From positions 216,876,001 through 216,940,000 of the forward strand of contig OZ024740.1 in assembly GCA_964016885.1 (NCBI GenBank): a DNA stretch of 64,000 bases, read 5' to 3'. The stretch is from Eledone cirrhosa. Lineage: Eukaryota. The position numbers and the translations under genes are program-made. The notes beneath the pieces were generated by a model. The model searched no databases. It was not told the origin of the DNA and was given only the letters and a program-made list of their open reading frames with translations. How positions within the stretch are numbered: the stretch's first letter is position 1; the number at the start of each line of letters is the position of its first letter. Positions 54,701 through 64,000 of the stretch are shown here, one piece after another.

Positions 54701-55270
54701 CATCATTCGCTGCCCCGGCTATTTGTACAATTTTCCTTAGAACTTAACAAATAGTTGTTCAAGGAAATCACCGCATATTCGTGGAATCGTAAATATCTTC
54801 TCCAATTTTTTTTATGGCTTTCTTCATGGCATTATATATATATATTTTTAATGCTAAATTATTAATAACAATTTACCTTATTTGCTGGCCTATTGGACAA
54901 CCCTTTGCATAAGATGCTCCCTCTTTTTTTATTATATTTTGACGTTTATCGTCATTTTTATGCACCATGTTCAATAATAACGGTTTTTCACTCTTCTTGG
55001 GTGGTCCACGTAACCACTCCGAATACGGGGGTGGGGGGTGACTACTGTATATATATATATATATCAATGATATTAATAAATGGAAACTATATTTATAAAA
55101 CCATATTTATTCTATTATATATATTTCAAGGGTACCAAAACTTTTGTACATTCTCTTCAGATAAAATACAAAGTTTGTTTTATAAATATTGACATATCCA
55201 GGAATGAGACCTTAATGGTTCAAGTTTACCTGGATAGTCATTGATATTATACTCCAGAAAACCTGTCAAG

Positions 55271-55334
55271 TGCTTTGAATCTGTTATAAATATATATATA
55301 TTTGTTGAATTACCAACAAATTAAATATCCCTTT

Positions 55335-55378
<44 letters not shown>

Positions 55379-55590
55379 TAAAATAACAGATTAAAGTTTA
55401 AGCAAAGAATCGCTGCTTTCACTCTTAACGGGATCTTCAGAAGACCCCGTTAAGGGTGAAAGCAGCGATTCTTTGCTTAAACTTTAATCTGTTATTTTAA
55501 TAAATATTTGCTCTACGGTCCTTATATATTTGATATATATTTATCCTTATCGAGCCCTCTTTGGATTTTAGTCTTCAAATTTATTATTAT

Positions 55591-55633
<43 letters not shown>

Positions 55634-55696
55634 CAAAGGGATATTTAATTTGTTGATAATTCAACAAATATATATATTTATAACAGATTCGAAGCA
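55271..55696. repeat. Outer inverted repeat (55271-55340 / 55628-55696) enclosing the 55371 palindrome
   Basis: tgctttgaatctgttataaa...aaatatccctttg and its reverse complement. Confidence 0.85.
55371..55592. mobile_element. Palindromic HHR-like element centred at 55439, plus tail
   Basis: 68-bp arms; minus strand CUGAAGA U CCC GUUAA GAG U GAAA; helix I/III unclear. Confidence 0.7.
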
Positions 55697-56021
55697 AGGT
55701 TTGTCATATTTTATCCTGAGTTCAGTTTTTTTTTAAGCTATGGTCACTGCGGCCCGCCTATCGGTCGCTGTCTTCAATTTGCAAAGCTGTCTAAATGTAA
55801 TGTTATAACTCTAGGGTAATATACCCTATTGAGTGCTTAGCTGCACACCCCGATTGCATTCATTAGCTTGGCTGCAACCAGAGCTTCGATGATGCTGTAC
55901 TAAATTTTGTATATATGTATATATATATATATATATATAAAGCCATATACATACAATAACTGTACAACAACATCATCATTTAACAACTGTTTTTCCATGT
56001 TAGCATAAGATGGACAGATTG

Positions 56022-56059
<38 letters not shown>

Positions 56060-57017
56060 ACAGTTGTGTCAACATAGTACATGGGAATATATGAATTATT
56101 AACAATTATAGTATAAATACAGAACTGTTTATCAACTGACAGTTCATTTCTCCCAGAATAATGTTCATCACTTGATATATTGAAATTCTCCTTCATTTAT
56201 AATTTGTATAAACTTTCTCTATTTGTGTGTCTGTCTCTTTCTTATATATATATATGTATATTAGAAAGATCGAGTATCGAAAAATCGGCGCACGAGTTCA
56301 CGATAAACAAAATTCGAAATGAGCGGCAGAGGGCTCAATAATTCAGATGAATCAGAGCTATAACTATCGTTAAAATACCGTCACATATAGAACAAGTCTA
56401 CAATCAACCATACGATAAAAAATCGATAATAGAAGATTCGGGACAAACAGATAAAAAATATCAATAAAACAATACATCAATAATTTAAATATATATAAAT
56501 ATACACACAGCAAAAAGCATCCAGTCGACACTGTAAATGTGGTTGGCATTAAGAAGGGCATCCAACTGTAGAAACCAAACCAGAAAGTTGTGTATGAACA
56601 ACAGGATAACTCGTCTAACCCATGCTAGTGTGGAATAATGGACGTTAAATAATAATGACCCACATACACTCACACACACACACATTTAGTGAATTGTGTA
56701 AAAAGTGTTTTCAGTTGAAGGGAGGGGTTGTAATAAACAAAAATGAGGTTAAATTCACAAAATGTTCATATTGGGTATGACTGTTTCACTGTGGAAATAA
56801 TACCACAGTGAAACACCTGTATTAGACGAATGAAAAACGTGAATTTAATTTAATTTTATATTTACACACACACTCTCTCTCTCTCACACACACACATATA
56901 TATGTGTATGTATGTATGTAAAAGGTAAACAGAAATAACAAAAATAACAAAACAAATGGTACATACAGTACATGGAATAAATATGTTAGTTTAACACTTG
57001 AAATAGCAGGTAGAGAG

Positions 57018-57053
57018 TCTTAACGTTTCAGACACTAGTCCTTCATCAGAAGA
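57018..57053 (-). ncRNA. Minimal type I hammerhead ribozyme (36 nt)
   Basis: UCUU CUGAUGA A GGAC UAGU GUCU GAAA CG UU AAGA; loopless palindromic helix III ACGU. Confidence 0.8.
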
Positions 57054-57172
57054 TCGATTAGAAATAGAAGATAAATAGAAATCAAAGAGAGTTACGAGAA
57101 AAAAAAAGTGGGGAGAAAAAACCTCATGCATGCGTATTCAGTCGGCCATCTTGGAGAACTATACATATACAT

Positions 57173-57219
<47 letters not shown>

Positions 57220-57234
57220 CATACACATACACAC

Positions 57235-57305
<71 letters not shown>

Positions 57306-58468
57306 CCTATTGTTGAGAGGTGGCTTTTAAGGACTACTTCTGATAGATTCAGTGAAGAAATTGTCAGTAAAATTCATCTCTCTATGAAATAAAGAATAAC
57401 CTACTTCTTCATGTATAAAGTACCTTTTTTTGTGGTTTCCTTTCGTTCTTTATATGGAATACCCTCCAGTTACATGAACACTCACACACAAACAAACATG
57501 CACACACACAAATATGCACACATACACAGTCACACACACACACACACACATACAGGCACACTCACATACGCACACAGACACACACACGCGCATGCAGACA
57601 CACACAAACATGCACACACAGGCACAGATAGTCACACATGCACACATACACAGACAGAGAGAGAGAGAGAGAGACACACAAACACAGACACACACACACA
57701 CAAACACACACAGAGACACAGACACACACACACACAAACACACACAGAGACACAGACACACACACACACATTATTAATAGTGAGTGTTTACTTGATATTT
57801 CTCAAAACATGTTGTTGAGAAGCCAATAGTATCAGTAAAACTTTGAAGTCAACAGTCACTATTAATAATAAATATTGTCTACTTTATACTGAGTATGAGG
57901 AGTGTATTTAGAGGTATGGAAACCTATTAAACAATTCTATATACACACATATACATACATATACACACATCTACTTACACATACATACATACATACATAC
58001 ATACATACATACATACATACATACATACATACATACATACATACATTCATACATATACACACATACATACACACACATACATACATATATACATACACAT
58101 ACATACATACATACACATTCATACATACACACATACACACCCACACATACATACACATGTATACACACATGCGCACACATACACACACGCACACACACAT
58201 ATATATACACACATATACATACATATACACACATACATACACACACATACACACATACACACAAATATGTGGGACCGATGGTATAGGTTTACCACATACT
58301 ATGTGCAACCACCCCCATTATCAATAGGTGCTATACACTCTGGGTACAGTTCTGGTGTGGTCCCACATTCAAGTCTTGTTTCATTCAGTGTGTAATGACA
58401 GCAACTGGGGCCATAATGAATACAATTCCTATATCTTTGATAACCTAGAAATATCCAGGATACACTTA

Positions 58469-58511
<43 letters not shown>

Positions 58512-58577
58512 TTTTAGGTTCTTCTGTGCCATTTGGCACATCAAGCAGTAAGTAGTCACCAACGGTCACAATACATG

Positions 58578-58644
<67 letters not shown>

Positions 58645-59536
58645 TTTACTCTTTTACCTGTTCCAGCCATCCAGCTGAGGCCATGCTGGGGTATATATAT
58701 ATATATGTATATATATATCTATTTATTTCATGATTTTACTTGTTTTAAACCAAAAAGGCCAGAGTACTTGATACTTGGAATAGGAGAGTGTGAGTATATT
58801 AGAAAGAGTCAGTGCCTGACGGCTGAGCTCTTGCCATTTTGATGGCTAATTGCAGACTATATATATAATATATTGGTCAGATACTACTTCAGCCTGTTAC
58901 TGGTACCATGTAGCCCAGTTCCACCTGCTTTATTGTTGAGTGGTTGGTGACTAAACCAGCTCCCCCACCAGATCTTTGTCTGGTGAGAAGTGGTACCCTG
59001 GCATCACAAAACGTAAGAGCTGTTAAAAGGCTGGATGAACTCCTCAGAGCCAATGGCCATCCATCTCAACTATGGATAAATCACCTCACTAACCTGTAAT
59101 TGGGCAAACATGATGAGTAAGGCTACAGTTCTGACATGCCCAAAACCAAATAGAAAGTTGTGGAGGTCAGCTAGGAAGGCCCTGGATTGAATTGGATAAA
59201 TTGTGGTGGGATCATATTTTTCTCAGGTTTCAGTTTTGCCATGATTTACCTACAAGTGAATAAAAGAAATCTATTATAATTTGATGTAAGGACTTTTAAG
59301 TTATTTTCCCAAAATTAGTTTAATAATGAGAAAGTTTATATTACTGAATCTCTTCATATTCTTCATTGTTTTCAAAATGAACCCCAAATCATAGGCTGTG
59401 TTTTTCATTAGAAATAGGGCAATGAAAGGGTAGAGGTTTTGATACTGGCAACTACAGAGCTTTTTGTCATAACTTCAGCAGCAGACTTAGTCATTGAAAT
59501 TCTTTGTTATACTTTGGAAACTTTTCCTGATCTTAC

Positions 59537-59751
59537 TTAACCCTTTACCATTTACATTACTCTATATTTACTATTGTATTATCACAGTAAGCACTTTATT
59601 TCAGATAATTATCTCACATAATATCGAATCTACAAGATCTTGGTTTTATTTATTTTGAGAACAATACTGAAACATAAGTATGAGCACCTCTTTACGGTGG
59701 TTTGAACAGAAAGAGGTGAGAGAATTCTGGCTGGATATGGCTAAAGGATTA
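59537..59751. mobile_element. piggyBac-like MITE
   Basis: TTAA-ccctttacca ... tggctaaagga-TTAA. Confidence 0.6.
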
Positions 59752-60238
59752 ATGTTAGTTTGTTTTCTAAGTTATAAAACTGTAAAAGTTCTTCTGTTGT
59801 TGTTGGCATCATCTTCATCTTCATTATCCTCCTCCTACTCCTCCTTATCATTTCTGTTGTGGTATTTCTATCTTGTCTTCCTAAACACTGAATTGTAATG
59901 AGAAATCAAAGTTGACCTTGTAAGGTATATGCTGTTAGGATGGAATTTTCTGATCACAGCATGTATGTTTTGTTATAGTTTATCATAGATGGTGCATGGC
60001 ATGGTTACTAGTTAGTTTGTTTGGCTCCCAATCATAAGATTATGGGTTCAATTCCCAGCAAAGTACATCATTCCATGCTAATTCACTCAGGTGAAAATGG
60101 GAAAGATCAGACAATCCTGAACACTCAGGAAATTATGGGGTTTTGTTCAACCTCTAAAAGCAGGGAAGAATGGATGTAAATCTCTTTAACTCTGGTGACA
60201 AATTACAATTCTTGAAACACATCTATCGTTTGTTTATC

Positions 60239-60432
60239 TACCGTATACACTTGAATATAAGCCAAGGAATATGTGACCAAAAAATCGACAATAGGGAATT
60301 GGTTTATATTTGGGGTCAATACTTTAATAATTTTCACCAACTTCAAATTCTACGTAAATAAGGTTTGGATTTTTGCCCATTTCCCAGACATAACATAGTG
60401 GGGTCAGTTGACTTATATTGAGTATATAGGGG
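60239..60432. mobile_element. Tc2/pogo-like MITE
   Basis: ta-ccgtatacacttgaatataag / cttatattgagtatatagg. Confidence 0.6.
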
Positions 60433-60824
60433 AATTATTGATTGGTTGGTTGTTTATTTATTGTTGATTTGACAAAGTAGTTTGAGGTATTTGATATTTG
60501 TTTCAGCTCTCTGCACTCTCTGTTCAAATGCAGTGGAAGTCCAGTTTGCCACTCATCGTTTCAGAGCTGATAAAGAAAATGTCAATTCTAGTGTTGGTAC
60601 AGCCCTCTCTACTCCCATCTGACACATCCTGGATGTTCACCTGGATCAAGGCAGACAGGGTTGAGAGGGTGTCTGTGTTTGCTTGTGACTATACGGGGTA
60701 CTCTGAAAACACTTAACGAAAGCAGGATTCACATTACACAGTCAAACTTAATACTTTTAGTCTTTTACTAGTTTCAGTCATTAGCCTGTTGATCATATGG
60801 AAGAAAATTAGTCAAAAAACAGCA

Positions 60825-61330
60825 CAGCTCCCATGACATTCGGAAACGTTTTTTCACTCTGAGTTGCTGAAGCATGGAACAAACTACCTGCATCAGTTGT
60901 TAGTTGTCGGGACACTGCATCCTTCAAAACTTACATGCTTCCCGAAATTCGCCAACACTACACCTGATATTCCGCCTCCATACATACACACACGTGTCTG
61001 TGTGTATAACATGACTCATACACTGTTCATTTTCCTGACATTTGTACATTATTCTATGAGGGCGGTGGATTGGCAGTATCGGTAGAGGGTCGGACGCCAT
61101 GCTTTGACGCATAGAGTTATGTCCCTTGCCATTCTGAGTTCAAATCCCGCCAAGGTTAACTTTGCCTTTCATCCTCATGGGGTCGATGAAATAAAGTACC
61201 AGTAATGCACTGGGTAATTGCTGGCCTTGTGCCAAAAGTAGAAACAATTATTCAATGTACTATACATTCATCTTTGATGAGTTGTAGTGCACCTGAGCAC
61301 TGTACACAATTATTTCAGTATTATTATTAT
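60825..61330 (+). mobile_element. CR1 LINE 3' end, interrupted by SINE1
   Basis: RKRFFT(fs)VAEAWNKLPASVVSCRDTASFK...*, 3' UTR, (TAT)n tail. Confidence 0.85.
61069..61250 (+). mobile_element. SINE family 1 with ~11-bp TSD
   Basis: attattctatg ... attattcaatg flanks. Confidence 0.9.
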
Positions 61331-61544
61331 TATATCAAGCCCTGTACTTATTTTTTCTCAATATATTTTTGTCAAATTAAGTTATGGGACATAAATAAAC
61401 ATGGGCCGACAGGATGGAGAATGTATTGCCCCTGAGCTGAGGTCGGTGAAGGAGATGTGCTGATGCCTGCATGTAGCAAATGTATTTTTTAGTATTGTAG
61501 CAGCGATTATTTTAATTTTTTTTTTCTTTACCTAAATTGTTATT

Positions 61545-61715
61545 GATAATATTTCCATCATGGTAAATGTTCTCCCTGTAATATTTCCATCATGGACCCA
61601 CCCTGGTAAATGTTCTCCCTGTACTATTTCCATCATGAACCCACCATGGTAAATGTTCTCCCTGTAATATTTCCATCATGGAACCTGTCCTGGACCCATA
61701 TGTTCTCTCTGTAAT
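61545..61715. repeat. 32-45 bp minisatellite
   Basis: tttccatcatg...ggtaaatgttctccctgta units. Confidence 0.85.
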
Positions 61716-62919
61716 CTGAATCATTTTAACAATGCCACCAAATATTTGTTGTTTTTTAAACTCATCTAATTTCTTTGTCTTTAATAAAATGTTTATAATT
61801 GAAATATCTACAGATAATGACAATTACATTTCTAACAACTTTATACTGTCTTCTTTCTTTCTTTCTTTCTTTCCTTCTTTCATTCCTTTTTCTTTCGTTC
61901 TTTTCCTCTTTCTTTTTTCATTCCTCTCTGTCCCTCTTTCCTTCTTTCTTCCTTTTCATCTTTCTTTTCCTCTTTCTTTCCTTCTTTCTTCATACTTGCT
62001 TTCCTTGAAAATCAATTTTTTGTTGTTTCCCACTCCCCTCCCCTATTTCCCTCTTAGTTATTTGATATATTCTTATCTTTCACCCCCCACACACACACAC
62101 ACTATCCCTCATCCCTTCCACAAAGACTTCTACACACATACCATCTTATTTACACACACACACACACACACTATTTCTCATCCCTCCACACAGACCCGTA
62201 TACACATAGGGTCATATGTACACACACACACACACACACACATTATCACTGCATTACAAAATTATTGAAATATCTCATATTTTCTTTCTCCCACCTAATA
62301 ACACACGTACACACACCTACACACACACACACAGGCACACACACACCTACACACACACACACACACCTACACACACACACACAGACATACACACTCCTAC
62401 ACACACACACACACACACACACAGGCATACACACACCTACACACACACAGACGTACACACACCTACACACACACACACCTATACACACACACACACACAC
62501 ACACTCCTACACACAGACATACACAAACACACGCACCACAGTAAAAATGTAATATCAGAGAAAGTATAGAAGAGAGAAAGAGTGTGAGTGATTGAGTTGA
62601 ATAGGTGAATGTGTAAACAATCTTGGCTGAGATATAGTGAGGGGGGGGGGGGGGGTGAAGTATAGAGAGAGGGGGGACTGAGGTATATAGAGAGAGGGTG
62701 GCTGAGATATAGAGAGGGAGGAGGAGATATAGAGAGGGAGGCTGGTGGTGTGTGAATCTCATTGTTTACAATATATACACAGCTTGCTTTTTACAGGAGC
62801 CCTTCCAGAGGTGAGCTCAGCTTAGCTCATATATATATATATATAAATATATATATATACACACACACATATGTATATATATATAAACATATATATATAT
62901 ATATACACACACACACATG

Positions 62920-62959
<40 letters not shown>

Positions 62960-62978
62960 TATGTATATATATATAAAC

Positions 62979-63013
<35 letters not shown>

Positions 63014-63698
63014 TGTATATATATATATATATATACATACATATATATATATATATATATACATACACATATACACATACATGTGTGTGTATATACACCT
63101 AGTTAGTCATTTGTGTGTGAGCTTCACTGTAGGTATGGAAGGCCGGGGTGGGGGTGATGGTGGTGGTATTTGTTGTTGTTGGCAGTGGTGGTAGGGATGG
63201 TGGAGGGGGAGTAAAAGAGAGAAATGTGTGTGTGTATGTGTGGGGGGTTATAAGGTAGGAGTAGTTTTTTTGTTTATGTGTAAGGTTTGCTGAGGTAGTT
63301 AAAAGCTGTTTTTCTTTCTCTATAACCTATGTCTATCTAGAGCTGGCAGATTTTTGTTGTTTTCTTTCAGTGACTTTGTCTTTCCATACACCTCTCTCTC
63401 TCTCTATTTCACTCTCTCTACCCCTCTTCCCCTTCCTCCCGTTCGTCTCTGTATTTCTCCCTCTCTATATTCCTCCATCTCCCCCTCTCTATATATCTAT
63501 CTTTCTTTTCCTCCTATTCCTCTCTCTATATCTCTCCCTCACTCACCAACTCTATATATTTGTCCCTCGCTCCTCCTCTATATATATCTTTCTCTGTGTA
63601 TATCTCTCCCTCTCTAAATAACCTCCTCTTCTTTCTATATCTCTCCCTCATCACCCTCTCTCTATCTTTTATATATAGAAATATCTATTTAGGTACAA

Positions 63699-63855
63699 TC
63701 ATGGGTTGTTTGGTTAAGAGGGTTTCTTTGAGACAAGGGAATTCTTGGTTCAATCCCACTGCGTAACATGTGCTTGTGTCTTCTACGGTAGCTTCTATAT
63801 TGACCAATACCTTGTGTGAAATTTTGGTTAGATGGAAAACTCTATGGAAATCCAT
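63699..63855 (+). mobile_element. SINE family 3 (degenerate)
   Basis: tggttaagag...ggttcaatcccactgcgt...gtgtcttctac...ccttgtgtgaaattttggttagatggaaa. Confidence 0.6.
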
Positions 63856-64000
63856 TTATCATTATTTTTATGTTTGTGCCTCCAGCTTGCATGGGTTGGA
63901 TGGATCAGTCACAGCATTCCTCCATTCTTTGCTTGTGTCTTCTACAGTAGCTTCTACATTCACCAATCACAGCATCCCTCCATTCTTTGCTTTTCTTTAT

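Noticed and set aside
56125-57369. Further HHR-like relics (56128-56178 minus, 56785-56822, 57335-57369 plus)
   Set aside because: Multiple core or helix defects; not supportable without family consensuses

Overview
This is AT-rich, repeat-saturated eukaryotic DNA. The SINE/LINE families and huge (TA)n/(TATG)n/(CA)n tracts suggest an octopod cephalopod, which is an inference. I recognise no host protein-coding gene; nearly all ORF-track entries are microsatellite translations. Ordinary content: RTE, CR1/L2 and CRE-type LINE remnants, three tRNA-SINE families, mariner/Tc2/hAT/piggyBac-type MITEs and minisatellites. Main discovery: about 20 type I hammerhead ribozyme (HHR) motifs, folded by eye, from at least 10 unrelated sequence families, almost all in short islands inside (TA)n tracts. 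Seven islands are near-perfect asymmetric palindromes. Five carry a complete HHR in each arm and two carry partial or HHR-like motifs. All seven have the 5' ends at the centre and the 3' ends running out into (TA)n. Several HHRs have non-canonical cores, including a compensatory U3-A8 pair in two families, and self-complementary helix III segments that suggest dimer folding. An open 123-aa GIY-YIG endonuclease frame missed by the ORF track (28914-29285, minus) lies upstream of one U3-A8 HHR. This ties the system to (TA)n-targeting Penelope-like retroelements (PLEs) and their non-autonomous, retrozyme-like derivatives. Ribozyme activity is not tested.
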